DNA of 64,000 nt from an uncultured Bacilli bacterium (GCA_944329385.1 CALVIE010000001.1:2168-66167), one strand, 5' to 3'. Positions 35,309-45,741 are shown, counted from the stretch's first letter. Program-made: numbers and translations. The notes: generated from the letters alone by a model not told the origin.

Positions 35309-37531
35309 CTATTCTTTTATCTTTTGTTTTGCTTTAGATAGTTCTTTATAGTTTAAATTAAAATAAATTATACGATGTTGGATTGATACTTCTTTAATTA
35401 AAACATAGACTTTTTGACCTAATTTTAATTTCTGATTATGTCCGATTGCTTTGGCGTGAGCTAGATCTTGGGGGGTTACATGACCAATAATGTTATTATC
35501 AAGTCTAATTTCTGTATCGTAAGGAGTCATATTTATGATACGTCCTTGATAAATTGTTGTGTGGTCATTTTCAAACTGTCTTTGCATATATTCAGCCATT
35601 TTTAAATCTAAGGTTTCTTTTTCAGCTTTATCAGCTTCTCTTTCCATTTTTGAGTCATGTTCGCAAATTTCTGGTAAGGTATTATAGTATGGTAATAATT
35701 CAGAAGGTGTATAATTTTCATAAGGATTTGTAAATCTATGAACTATTAAATCTGGGTGTCTTCTAATTGGCGATGTAAAATGGGTATAGTAATTTAATCC
35801 CAAACCATAATGGCCATCGCAAGTGCTGGAATATTTAGCTTTGCTCATACTTTTTAATATAATTTTAGAAATTAGCAAGTAATTTTCATTTTCTTTAAAG
35901 TTTTCTAAGAAATTATTTAAATCTTTTGAGCTATAGTGACCATTTTTTATTTTGTTTATGAGGGAATCAACCTTTTCTTTTGGGCATAGTCCTTCTATTT
36001 TTAAAGTTTTTAAGGCTTCTATTAAATTATCGTCATTTGGATCTCCGTGGATTCTAAAAATTTCTGGTGTTTCTAGCCATTTATGGTATTCAGCTACACA
36101 ACTGTTGGCAGCAATCATAAAGTTTTCAATTATTTTTTCTGCGGTGTGTTGGGATCTTGATTCAAAGGAAATTGGTTCACCAGTTGGTGAGGTTATGGCT
36201 TTTATTTCATCAGTTCCAAAGTCGACTTTTCCTTTATCTTGGGATTTTTTTGTTAATAATTCAGAAAGTTCTTTCATGATAAGTAAATCTTCTTTGAATA
36301 ATGCATAATCTTTTGGAATAATGTTTTTTTCAAGTATTTTATTAACATCATCATAGTTCATTTTCTTTTTGGAGTTAATAACACTATTATAAATTAAATA
36401 ATCTAATATTTCTCCCTCAGGTGATATATACATGTCAACTGTTTTGGTTAATCTATCTACTCCTTCATTTAATGAGCAAATGCCATTAGATATTTGATGT
36501 GGAAACATTGGAATGACTGAACCGGCTAAGTAAGCTGAGGTTCCTCTTTTTTTTGCTTCGATGTCTAATGGTGATCCTTCTTTTATATAGTGAGTAACAT
36601 CGGCAATGTGGACACTTAAGATATAATGATTATCATTTGTTTTGATAATACTGATGGCGTCATCCATATCTTTGGTATCTTTTCCGTCAATGGTAAAAAT
36701 GATTTTATCTCTTAAATCTTTACGGTCTTTTAAATCTTCTTCGGTAACTTTATCTGGGATTTTTTTCAACTGTTTTATGACATCTTTTGGAAATTCTTTC
36801 AAAAAACCGTGTTCTGCAGCAATGGTTGAAACTTCAATATCTGGATCATCTTTATGACCCACTACTTTTTCTATTTTAGCTTCAAAAACGGCTTTATTTT
36901 CGATTGTGGCAATACACTCTTTGTCCATGGTTACTAATACTCTATCGCCAGTAACAATTTTTCTGAGTTGATCTTTTGGACATATTACAGTGACATTCCC
37001 ATGGATAGTATATGGAATAAATTCACCATTTCCATTATATTCAAAAATGGTTTTTCCTGTATGTCTTTTAATGATTTTTTCTACTTTAGCATCGGCGTAG
37101 TTGGTTTTACCATGGTGAATATTTGTTAATACGACAACGTCATTTTCTAATGCACCATTTAAATCTTCTTCTTTAATTAAGTATTTTATTTTATTTCCTT
37201 TATATTCGATAAAGACAAAGCCTTGTCCTGTTTTATTTATATGAATAATTCCTTGTACTTTTCCTAATTGCTTACTATCAAATTTTTTATAATATCCTTC
37301 TTCATCTAAGTAAATTTTTCCTTCTTCTTCTAATTCATTTATGGCATTAATAAAAGAAGCTTGCATGGTTTCCCCTTTGATGTGCATATTTTTACGCACT
37401 TGGTCCAATGTAAGCTTCTTAAATTCAATATTTTTCATAATTTCATTTTTTATTTCTTCAAAGTTTAAATTTTCTTTTGACATGTTTCCCCCACCTATAT
37501 TTTTATTATAACGGGTTTTTAAATAATTCAC
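35309..37531 (-). CDS. rnr: ribonuclease R
   Basis: RNB catalytic domain (DDAISI...; YTHFTSPIRRHPDLIVHR), a cold-shock-like N-terminus and a C-terminal S1 region; 740 aa. Confidence 0.9.
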   Translation of the reverse strand: MNYLKTRYNKNIGGGNMSKENLNFEEIKNEIMKNIEFKKLTLDQVRKNMHIKGETMQASFINAINELEEEGKIYLDEEGYYKKFDSKQLGKVQGIIHINKTGQGFVFIEYKGNKIKYLIKEEDLNGALENDVVVLTNIHHGKTNYADAKVEKIIKRHTGKTIFEYNGNGEFIPYTIHGNVTVICPKDQLRKIVTGDRVLVTMDKECIATIENKAVFEAKIEKVVGHKDDPDIEVSTIAAEHGFLKEFPKDVIKQLKKIPDKVTEEDLKDRKDLRDKIIFTIDGKDTKDMDDAISIIKTNDNHYILSVHIADVTHYIKEGSPLDIEAKKRGTSAYLAGSVIPMFPHQISNGICSLNEGVDRLTKTVDMYISPEGEILDYLIYNSVINSKKKMNYDDVNKILEKNIIPKDYALFKEDLLIMKELSELLTKKSQDKGKVDFGTDEIKAITSPTGEPISFESRSQHTAEKIIENFMIAANSCVAEYHKWLETPEIFRIHGDPNDDNLIEALKTLKIEGLCPKEKVDSLINKIKNGHYSSKDLNNFLENFKENENYLLISKIILKSMSKAKYSSTCDGHYGLGLNYYTHFTSPIRRHPDLIVHRFTNPYENYTPSELLPYYNTLPEICEHDSKMEREADKAEKETLDLKMAEYMQRQFENDHTTIYQGRIINMTPYDTEIRLDNNIIGHVTPQDLAHAKAIGHNQKLKLGQKVYVLIKEVSIQHRIIYFNLNYKELSKAKQKIKE

Positions 37532-37550
37532 AACTGTTTGTTTGAAATTT

Positions 37551-38264
37551 CTAAAAATTGTTAAAGATAAAAATATATCTATCTTTTCCAGTTAAATCTT
37601 TTTCGGTGATGATTTTTGATTTTGGAAAATAAGTTTTAGCTATGTTTGTTATTTGTTTACTTTGAGTCATACCTATTTCAAAAGCAATAATACTTTTTTC
37701 TTTTAAAAATGGGTTTATTTTTTCTAAAATTTTTTTATAAAAATATAGGCCGTTTTCATTTGCATAAAGAGCAAGATGTGGTTCGTTATTATGTACTAAA
37801 GGATCTATAGTTTCACTTTTAGATATATATGGCGGATTACTTATAATAATATCAAATTGCCCTTCGACGTTTTTTAAAATGTCACTATGTTTAAAAATTA
37901 TATTTACATTATTTCTTATAGCATTTTGTTTGGCTATTTCTAAGGCTTCATTTGATATGTCGGTAGCGATAACTTTACTATTTAAATGTTTAGCTAAAGT
38001 TATAGCGATGGCTCCACTACCGGTACCTATATCTAAAATGTCTAATGGTTCTTTTAATTTTTTAGCATACTTTATGGTTTTTTCTACTAAATATTCTGTT
38101 TCAAATCTAGGAATTAAAACATTTTTATTTACGATCAAATTAACATCATAAAAGTCAACGTTGCCTATAATATATTGAACTGGAATACCTTGATTTAGTT
38201 TTTTTAATCCTTTTTCTAATTTATCTTTTGGAAGATATTTTTTTAGATATTCTTTTTCTTTCAT
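37551..38264 (-). CDS. prmC: release factor glutamine N5-methyltransferase (HemK/PrmC)
   Basis: [14 protein letters not shown] motif, NPPY catalytic motif, and a 4-nt overlap with the prfA stop. Confidence 0.85.
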   Translation of the reverse strand: MKEKEYLKKYLPKDKLEKGLKKLNQGIPVQYIIGNVDFYDVNLIVNKNVLIPRFETEYLVEKTIKYAKKLKEPLDILDIGTGSGAIAITLAKHLNSKVIATDISNEALEIAKQNAIRNNVNIIFKHSDILKNVEGQFDIIISNPPYISKSETIDPLVHNNEPHLALYANENGLYFYKKILEKINPFLKEKSIIAFEIGMTQSKQITNIAKTYFPKSKIITEKDLTGKDRYIFIFNNF

Positions 38265-39325
38265 GCTTCTTTTAATTTTCTATTTTGATCTTCAGTGATT
38301 AAAGCTTCGATAATATCTTCTAGGTTACCTTCCATTACTCTATCTAAGTTTTTAGTAGTGTAGCCTATTCTATGATCAGTTACTCTATTTTGTGGATAGT
38401 TATAGGTCCTTATTTTTTCTGATCTATCACCAGTTCCAATTTTACTTCTTCTTTCACTTCCAAGTTTTTCTTCTTGCTCTCTTAGTTTTGCTTCATAAAG
38501 TCTTGTTCTTAGCATTTGCATAGCTTTTTCTTTATTTTGGATTTGACTTCTTTCATTTTGGCAAGTTACGACTGTATTTGTTGGAAGATGGGTAATTCTT
38601 ACGGCGCTGTCAGTAGTATTTACACACTGTCCACCAGCTCCGGTACTTCTATAAACATCTATTCTTAAATCGTTTGGATTTATTTCAATATCTACTTCTT
38701 CAGCTTCTGGCATTACTAGTACAGTTGCGGTTGAAGTATGTACTCGCCCCTGCGTTTCTGTTACTGGTACTCTTTGAACACGGTGAGCCCCTGATTCATA
38801 TTTTAATTTTGAGTAAACATTATCTCCTTTAACCATAAACTCGACTAATGGATAACCTCCAGCATCTGAATGTTCTTCAGAGATAACTTCTATTTTCCAA
38901 CCTTCTTTTTCGGCATATTTTGTATACATTCTATATAAATCTCCAGCAAATATATTGGCTTCATCACCACCAGCAGCACCTCTTATTTCAACAATAACAT
39001 TTTTTCCATCATTAGGATCTTTTGGAAGTAAAATAATTTCTATTTGTTTTTCTAACTGTTCTTTTTCTTTATTTAATCTTGTGATTTCTTCTTTGGCAAA
39101 TTCCCCTAATTCTTCATCTTTAGTCATTTCTTTAGCTTCATTTAGGTCATTTTCTATTTTTTTATAATTTTGGTAAGCATCATAAGCTTCTTTTAAGGAG
39201 GCCTGTTCTTTGGTTAATTTTAATGTTTCTTTAATATCGCTTAGTATTTCTGGTCTACTTAATTTTTCAGTTAATTCATTATATTTTTCTTCGATTGCTT
39301 TTAATCTTTCTAACATTTTCATCAC
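38261..39325 (-). CDS. prfA: peptide chain release factor 1
   Basis: GGQ motif ([23 protein letters not shown]) and PxT-type decoding region; 354 aa. Confidence 0.9.
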   Translation of the reverse strand: MMKMLERLKAIEEKYNELTEKLSRPEILSDIKETLKLTKEQASLKEAYDAYQNYKKIENDLNEAKEMTKDEELGEFAKEEITRLNKEKEQLEKQIEIILLPKDPNDGKNVIVEIRGAAGGDEANIFAGDLYRMYTKYAEKEGWKIEVISEEHSDAGGYPLVEFMVKGDNVYSKLKYESGAHRVQRVPVTETQGRVHTSTATVLVMPEAEEVDIEINPNDLRIDVYRSTGAGGQCVNTTDSAVRITHLPTNTVVTCQNERSQIQNKEKAMQMLRTRLYEAKLREQEEKLGSERRSKIGTGDRSEKIRTYNYPQNRVTDHRIGYTTKNLDRVMEGNLEDIIEALITEDQNRKLKEA

Positions 39326-39398
39326 CTTTTTCTAAGTAATTATACTATATTTTATTCTTTTTATCAAACATTAAAACAAGATAGAAATTCTATCTTGT

Positions 39399-40328
39399 TT
39401 ATTCAATGCGATAAGGATTATTTTGCGAGCCATCGCCCCCAGTGATTTTAATTTTACTAGACAAATATACGGATGGACGGACTGCAACCGTTTCATTATT
39501 GAGAACATAAGTGCCGCCACCAGCAGAAGTAATAATGAACCCGTTGTAATTGATACCACGACGAGGTGATAACGTCCACCAGCTACTAATATTATTACTT
39601 TGCATCCATGTTGTATTCATACAATTCCTATTTTCTTCATTTGATGCAAATGTTCTACAGCTGCTATTACTATTACTTCTTATATATTCACTCATTGTTA
39701 TTAAGGCAACTTTTCCGTTCCACTTACTACTATTTTCATATGTTATTTGTGAACTCATACTTGATTCAGCATAATTAATAGCTCCTATACTCCAATTTTT
39801 TGAAACAATCTGTCCTTGGGCTGTCTGATTCAAAGTTTCTGTTAAGTAACTTCCATTTAAATACGTGTTCAAATCGGATGGGCGTGCCCAGTTATTTGAG
39901 CCATTGGCTCCTCCTCCTTCATCCCACGCCATATTTCCTATACTTGCTTCTCTCATTATTTTTATGGTTTTATCATTTTCAATAGATACTATTCTCCATA
40001 TCTCATTATTAAATATTATATAATTATTTGGGTTTGTTCCTCTATAAAAATATCTATCTTCATATTCATCTTTATATAAACCATCACCAGATGACACTAT
40101 ATCCACTTTGTCAAGTATTGCTTCTCCTCCTGTTTTAGGTAAACATACATTATAAAGTTCATCTATCGCGCCTTGGACATCAGTACTTTTTAAACCACTA
40201 TTTTTGTTTTCGTATGTTACTAAATTACTATCAAAATATGTTACTGCTGATACTACTGATATACATATTAAAAAACTAAGTGTTAGTCCTATCATATATT
40301 TTTTTATAAATTCTTTTATTTTTTTCAT
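39399..40328 (-). CDS. secreted paralog-family protein P2 (best intact copy)
   Basis: MKKIKEFIKKYMIGLTLSFLICISVVSA signal, then VTYFDSNLVTYENKNSGLKSTDVQGAIDELY; core with FYRGTNPNNYIIFNNEIWRIVSIENDKTIKIM, KWNGKVALITMSEYIRSNSN and SWWTLSPRRG; C-terminus VRPSVYLSSKIKITGGDGSQNNPYRIE. Confidence 0.6.
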   Translation of the reverse strand: MKKIKEFIKKYMIGLTLSFLICISVVSAVTYFDSNLVTYENKNSGLKSTDVQGAIDELYNVCLPKTGGEAILDKVDIVSSGDGLYKDEYEDRYFYRGTNPNNYIIFNNEIWRIVSIENDKTIKIMREASIGNMAWDEGGGANGSNNWARPSDLNTYLNGSYLTETLNQTAQGQIVSKNWSIGAINYAESSMSSQITYENSSKWNGKVALITMSEYIRSNSNSSCRTFASNEENRNCMNTTWMQSNNISSWWTLSPRRGINYNGFIITSAGGGTYVLNNETVAVRPSVYLSSKIKITGGDGSQNNPYRIE

Positions 40329-40447
40329 ATCATCCCTACTTTCTATTTTAAGTTTATTATATCACAAAAATTATGTTTTGTATTACATTTTGTGTAACTT
40401 ACTAATAGTATTACAAAAATTTATAATTTGAATAGTGAGGTGATATA

Positions 40448-40630
40448 ATGAAGGAGTTTAAACTACCTAAGGTTGAAGATGAACAATCAGTTTTAAAAAC
40501 TATTAGAATTAAATTTACAACTTTAAAAAAGATAGAAGATTTATCTAAGGAAAGTCATTTATCGGTTAATAGAATTATTAATGAATGTATTGAGTTTGCA
40601 CTTAATAATTTAGACATAAAAAAGGATTAA
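40448..40630 (+). CDS. small ribbon-helix-helix (CopG/Arc-like) DNA-binding protein
   Basis: 60 aa; a beta-strand-like KTIRIKF followed by two helices (LKKIEDLSKESHLSVNRIINECIEFAL). It is divergent from P2, with AT-rich repeats (GTATTACA x2) in the intergenic region. Confidence 0.4.
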   Translation: MKEFKLPKVEDEQSVLKTIRIKFTTLKKIEDLSKESHLSVNRIINECIEFALNNLDIKKD

Positions 40631-40676
40631 AAAAATTAATTTAACAAAAAAACAGGCTAAATTCATAGCCTATTTT

Positions 40677-41150
40677 TTAATCAAGTTCATCTTCACCAAT
40701 AATAGTTAAATCATCATCTACATCTACCGCATCATCTAAATCTGGATCATCTAACTGTGAATCATCATCCATATCATGCATATCTTCAGAAGCCATATCG
40801 TCTAATTCATCATCTAATTCTTCTTCGGTTTCCGTTAAGTCTTCTTCATCTTCTGTATCATCTTCGAGATCTAATTTAACTGAATGTCTATCTCTTAAGT
40901 CCCAGGTTGCATCATCTAGCAAAATAAATGTTTTATCAGTTGTTAGTGATGTATAAAAATCCCCTATTTTATTTGCATAATCTTCTTCTGATAATTCTAG
41001 TAAGTTACATATTTTTTTAAATATTTCTGGAGTGTTTAAACTCTTTTTTTCTTCTTTTAAAATCATAGCAGCTAAATCGGTGTAGGAATATAGTTCTAAT
41101 TCATCTTTAGACATTTTTGATAATTTCATATTATACCTCCTAATTAACAT
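40677..41150 (-). CDS. rpoE: DNA-directed RNA polymerase subunit delta
   Basis: HARE-HTH N-terminal domain (LELYSYTDLAAMIL...FYTSLTTDKTFILLDDATWDLRD) plus a long poly-acidic C-terminal tail. The likely start is MKLSK. Confidence 0.8.
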   Translation of the reverse strand: MLIRRYNMKLSKMSKDELELYSYTDLAAMILKEEKKSLNTPEIFKKICNLLELSEEDYANKIGDFYTSLTTDKTFILLDDATWDLRDRHSVKLDLEDDTEDEEDLTETEEELDDELDDMASEDMHDMDDDSQLDDPDLDDAVDVDDDLTIIGEDELD

Positions 41151-41185
41151 CTGATTTAATCTTAGAACATTGTACCATATTCTAT

Positions 41186-41563
41186 CTATGTGTCAAGGGT
41201 AAATTTTAAATTATATGTAAAGGTGTCAATATAGCTTTCATTTATCTTTAATTTATAAGTTATTTCTAATTCATTATTTTTTTGAATTAATTTGAGCGTT
41301 TTGGTTTCTACATTTAAAGTTCCATATTTAGTTATATATAATCCTTTTTGTTTTATACCTTCTTTTAATTTTATTTTTAAATTATAGTCTGAATTTCTTT
41401 CAATGATAATCACATTATCTAAGGTTATTTTTGTTTGGATATTTTTATCATTATAAATAATTTGATTATTTCTTTTAATTCCTTTACCTTTAAATTTATG
41501 AACACTATTTTTAGTTTTTAAAACAGCTTCTATGTTTATTTTACTCATTTTTTTACCTCGCAC
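41186..41563 (-). CDS. DUF1934-like small beta-rich protein (commonly adjacent to rpoE)
   Basis: 125 aa; the call rests on its position upstream of rpoE and general composition. Confidence 0.45.
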   Translation of the reverse strand: MRGKKMSKINIEAVLKTKNSVHKFKGKGIKRNNQIIYNDKNIQTKITLDNVIIIERNSDYNLKIKLKEGIKQKGLYITKYGTLNVETKTLKLIQKNNELEITYKLKINESYIDTFTYNLKFTLDT

Positions 41564-41646
41564 AAAGATTATAACACATATACTGAATTTTTACTTATAT
41601 TTTTGAAAATTTTTCCAATAATAATTTTAGAAAGTGACGTGGTCTA

Positions 41647-43611
41647 ATGAAAAAGAAAAGGTCTAGAAAATGGATAATTATTATTTTAGGAATTATTTTC
41701 TTTTTTATTGCTATTTACTTTGGTATATATTTATATGCGAAAGTTCAGCCAAAATTACCAATTAGTGGAGCAAATGGTTATCATTTATATGACATTAATG
41801 GTGAGATTTATACAGCTGGTTCTAATGAAAATGTAGATTTAAAAGATATTTCTCGGCATTTAATTAATGCGACTATTGCGGTAGAGGATAAAAATTTTTA
41901 TAAACATCACGGTTTTGATTTTTTTAGAATTATTAAGGCAATGATGATTAATTTAAAATCTGGAGAAAATTTACAAGGGGCATCCACTATTACTCAACAA
42001 TATTCTAAAAATTTATTTTTAGATTTTGATAAGACTTGGGATAGAAAAATCAAAGAGGCTTGGATTACAATTAGGTTAGAAGCACATTACAGTAAGGATG
42101 ATATTTTAGAAGGATATTTAAATACAATTAATTATGGTGGAATATTTGGAATCGAAAATGCTTCTAAGTATTATTTTAATAAAAGTTCAAAAAAATTAAC
42201 TTTAGCTGAGGCAAGTATGCTTGCAGGAATTCCTAAAAACCCGAGTAAATATTCTCCTTTAACTAATGAAAAAGAAGCTAAAAAAAGGCAAAAAATTATT
42301 TTGGATGCGATGGTTAAAAATGGATATATTAGTCAAAGTGAAGCTGATGGTGCATATAATACTAAGCTTAATTATGAAAAAGGTACGGATGAGGAAAATT
42401 TAAAAATGATGATGTATTACCAAGATGCTGTAATGGACGAACTTTCAATGATTGATACTATTCCTTCTTCATTTTTGGAAACTGGTGGTCTTAAAATTTA
42501 TACTAATTTGGATATGAATGCTCAAAAAGCTCTAGAAGATAGTGCGAATAAAAATATAACTAATGAAGAAATTCAAATGGCAGGAGTGGTCATGGATCCT
42601 AAAAATGGGAAAGTTTTAGCTTTAGCTGGTGGCAGGGATTATAATAAAAGTCAATACAATAGAGCAACCAAAGCTAAAAGACAAGTTGGTTCAACAATTA
42701 AACCATTTTTGTACTATTCAGCTTTAGAAAATGGTTTTACTCCGTCTACAACTTTTACTAGTGAAAAAACAACTTTTAGTTTTTCAGGAAATAAAACTTA
42801 TACTCCTAAAAATTATAATGATGAGTATGCGAATGGTCCGATTAGTTTAGCGGCTGCTATTAGCTATTCAGATAATATTTATGCGGTTAAGACACATCTG
42901 TTTTTAGGTGATGATGCCTTACCAGATATTTTAAAGCGAGTTGGAATTAACGAAAATGTTAATACGTTGCCTTCACTTGCTTTAGGAGCCGAAGAAATTA
43001 ATATGATGGACATGATGGCCGCATATAGTGCTTTAGCAAATGAAGGTTATAAAGTTGAGCCTTATTTTATAAGTAAAGTTACAGATATGGATGATAATAT
43101 TTTATATGAATATAAACCTAAATTAGAAAATGTTTTAAATAAAAATACAGTTTATGTTTTAAATGAGCTTTTAACGACTACTTATGCGAAAGAGTTTCAA
43201 AGTTATAATACTCCTACTTGTCTTAGTATTGCTCCTAAAATGACACATAAATATGCATTAAAATCTGGAACCACTAATACTGATAATTTGATTTTTGGAT
43301 ATAATAAAGATGTAGTTGTGGGCATGTGGACAGGATATGATGATAATAAGGATGTATCTAGTAAAGACAGTTCTAATTTAAAAAATGCTTGGGTGGATGT
43401 GATGGAAACTTATTTGAAAGATAAGGATGATTCTAAACTTTGGTATGAAACACCTAAAAATGTTGTTGGAGTAGCTATAGATCCGGTAAGTGGTAAAATT
43501 GCCGATAATAATTCTAAAGCAAAGATTTTATATTATATTAAGGGAACTGAACCAACCGATAATAAAAGTTCTTTAGACGATAGTATTCCTACTGTCAAAT
43601 TAGAGGAATAA
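41647..43611 (+). CDS. class A penicillin-binding protein (bifunctional glycosyltransferase/transpeptidase, PBP1A-like)
   Basis: GT51 motifs EDKNFYKHHGFD and STITQQ; transpeptidase motifs STIKP, SYSDN and KSGTT. Confidence 0.85.
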   Translation: MKKKRSRKWIIIILGIIFFFIAIYFGIYLYAKVQPKLPISGANGYHLYDINGEIYTAGSNENVDLKDISRHLINATIAVEDKNFYKHHGFDFFRIIKAMMINLKSGENLQGASTITQQYSKNLFLDFDKTWDRKIKEAWITIRLEAHYSKDDILEGYLNTINYGGIFGIENASKYYFNKSSKKLTLAEASMLAGIPKNPSKYSPLTNEKEAKKRQKIILDAMVKNGYISQSEADGAYNTKLNYEKGTDEENLKMMMYYQDAVMDELSMIDTIPSSFLETGGLKIYTNLDMNAQKALEDSANKNITNEEIQMAGVVMDPKNGKVLALAGGRDYNKSQYNRATKAKRQVGSTIKPFLYYSALENGFTPSTTFTSEKTTFSFSGNKTYTPKNYNDEYANGPISLAAAISYSDNIYAVKTHLFLGDDALPDILKRVGINENVNTLPSLALGAEEINMMDMMAAYSALANEGYKVEPYFISKVTDMDDNILYEYKPKLENVLNKNTVYVLNELLTTTYAKEFQSYNTPTCLSIAPKMTHKYALKSGTTNTDNLIFGYNKDVVVGMWTGYDDNKDVSSKDSSNLKNAWVDVMETYLKDKDDSKLWYETPKNVVGVAIDPVSGKIADNNSKAKILYYIKGTEPTDNKSSLDDSIPTVKLEE

Positions 43612-43656
43612 AAATTGATTTTTTATTTCAAATGTTTATTAACAAAAAAACTACTT

Positions 43657-44556
43657 TTAATCAGTAGTTTTTAATTTTTGAATATCTGTTTCAGTTAGAT
43701 TTGTTAATCTAGAAATAGTTTTAATATCCATTTTCTCTTTAAGCATGTTTTTAGCTATTTGAATATTTCTTTCATTGATACCTTGCTTAACTCCTTGTTC
43801 AAAACCTTCTTGTTTGGCACCTTCCATTTCATTTTGTTTAACTAAAGCGTCCATCTTATCCTTTTGCCATTCATGTAATATAAATTCATCATTATTCATC
43901 TTTATCATAGTCTCCATTAATCTATTAACCTCTTTTTCATCAAGTATCTGCCTAGATAACTCATATAGTTCACTAAATGTTTGTGCTATAAGCATCGTAT
44001 ACCATATAATTTCTTTTGTTTTAACACCTTCATTATAATATAGTTTACTATAAAGTTCAAGGCTCTTTAAAAATATCCTTTTATTACTAGGATAGACTTT
44101 TTGAGTGAGTAATCCATATGGGACAATGATGTCTTCTAGATCTTCTTCAAATGGACTTATATTAAGATTAAGCTGAATATTGTTTATTTCTTTTATACTT
44201 TTTCCTTTTTCAAATATTATGGTCGCTATTTTATCTAAATAATTAAAATTTCTTTCCATTACATACTCAAATTTACTTCTATTCATCTCTATATCAATAA
44301 AGATTTTATCATTAATAGATACAATAATATCCACCATTTTTTTACGTTCATTTTTATTAGTTATAGGATGTTCACTATCCAAAATTCTAATTTTATCATC
44401 TTTAGATATTTCCATTTTTAAACTGGCATTTAATAAATCTACAAGTAAGTTTAAATTTAATTTAAAAACGTTTTTAAAAACAAGGTCATAAGATAAAGGT
44501 ATCATATCTAATTTTTCATCTAACTTTAATAAATATTCTTTAGTTATTGTTTCCAT
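43657..44556 (-). CDS. Rpn-family recombination-promoting nuclease / putative transposase (PD-(D/E)XK), copy 2
   Basis: DLVFKNVFKLNLNLL...DIIVSINDKIFIDIEMNRSKF core; C-terminal EGAKQEGFEQGVKQG repeats and the tail IAKNMLKEKMDIKTISRLTNL, nearly identical to copy 1. Confidence 0.7.
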   Translation of the reverse strand: METITKEYLLKLDEKLDMIPLSYDLVFKNVFKLNLNLLVDLLNASLKMEISKDDKIRILDSEHPITNKNERKKMVDIIVSINDKIFIDIEMNRSKFEYVMERNFNYLDKIATIIFEKGKSIKEINNIQLNLNISPFEEDLEDIIVPYGLLTQKVYPSNKRIFLKSLELYSKLYYNEGVKTKEIIWYTMLIAQTFSELYELSRQILDEKEVNRLMETMIKMNNDEFILHEWQKDKMDALVKQNEMEGAKQEGFEQGVKQGINERNIQIAKNMLKEKMDIKTISRLTNLTETDIQKLKTTD

Positions 44557-44717
44557 ATATCTCCTTTCTTTGCCCCTTTATATATAAACATACGGCGAAA
44601 ATAATGATTTTCCTTTTTTTATATGAAAAAAATTTAAAAATCTAGTATGTTTTTAATTTACACACTAGATTTTATACACCCTCGAATCGGTATTCTATAT
44701 TGTGGAAAAAGCGACCC

Positions 44718-44752
44718 CACACCTCTAAATGAGGTGTGAGGGCTTTTACAAA
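44718..44752 (-). terminator. rho-independent terminator downstream of P3
   Basis: 10-bp stem CCCACACCTC/GAGGTGTGGG with loop TAAAT. On the minus-strand RNA it is followed by CGCUUUUUCC. Confidence 0.55.
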
Positions 44753-44794
44753 AACCTATTTTTATTTGCACATTACTCTTATCTTATTTCATCA

Positions 44795-45741
44795 TTATCC
44801 TAAAGTATATGGGCTTGATGAACTTCCATTTCCTCCTGTAATTTGGACACTAGACGATAGATAGACGGCCGGACGGACCGCACCGGTCGTATTGTTAGCG
44901 TAGACGTAGTTGACGTAGCCGTACGAAAGCACGCCGAACACGTAGTTAGAGTCACCGGCAAGAGGCGACAAAGTCCACCAATAGTCATTTATATACATCC
45001 AGCTGCTATTTTGACATGTACTATAATTATCATTTATTTTACTAAATGTTCCACAGCTACTTTGATTACTATTACTTCTTAGATATTCACTCATTGTTAT
45101 TAGGGCTACTTTTCCATTCCATGTTGTTGCTTTCTCATCATCTATTTGATCTCCCAAGTTATTATTATCCCATGTTGCTGAACCTATATTCCAATTTTTT
45201 GCAACAATTTGGCTTTGGGCTGTCGCATTTAATGTTCCTGTCAAATAACTTCCATTTAAATATGTATTCAAATCGGCTGGACGTTTCCAGTTATTGGAAC
45301 CATAGGTTCCTCCTCCTGCATCCCATGCTATATCCCCTATACTTGCATTCCTCATTATTTTGATTGTTTTATCTGGCTCTATTGACACTATTCTCCATAC
45401 CTCATTATTAAATGTTATATACTTATTTACATTGGCTCCTCTATAAAAATATCTTCCTTCTTCATAAGTATCTTCGTATAATCCGTCACCTGATGTTACT
45501 ATATCTACACTGTCTAAGATAGTATCCCCAGGAGCTGGGACTTTTGTACATTCTTCGTATAGTTCATCTATGGCTTCTTGGACATTTTTTGAAGCAAGAC
45601 CACTTGATTTATTTTCATAACTAACATCTTTTGAATTAAATGTTACTGTGGCATATACGCCTATGCTGCCAAATAGTATTAGTCCTATGACAAAACTTAT
45701 TAGATTTTTTTCACATAATATTTCATTTTTTCTTTCTTCAT
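44795..45741 (-). pseudogene. secreted paralog-family protein P3, interrupted by a frameshift in an A7 tract within the signal-peptide region (candidate phase-variable OFF state)
   Basis: ATG AAG AAA GAA AAA ATG AAA TAT TAT GTG AAA AAA ATC TAA. With A8 the frame continues as MKKEKMKYYVKKNLISFVIGLILFGSIGVYATVTFNSKDVSYENKSSGLASKNVQEAIDELYEE...FYRGANVNKYITFNNEVWRIVSIEPDKTIKIM... into the listed 44795..45388 ORF, which ends with YWWTLSPLAGD...VRPAVYLSSSVQITGGNGSSSSPYTLG. Confidence 0.5.

Noticed and set aside
39371-39559. 62-aa ORF overlapping the 3' end of P2
   Set aside because: It lies inside the P2 coding sequence and terminator region, in a different frame, with no independent signals.
45705-45711. 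Whether the P3 and HTH frameshifts are simply assembly errors
   Set aside because: Not rejected outright; it cannot be excluded from sequence alone. Because every long housekeeping ORF in the window is intact and both lesions fall in one system at homopolymers, they are kept as candidate phase-variation sites with explicit caveats.
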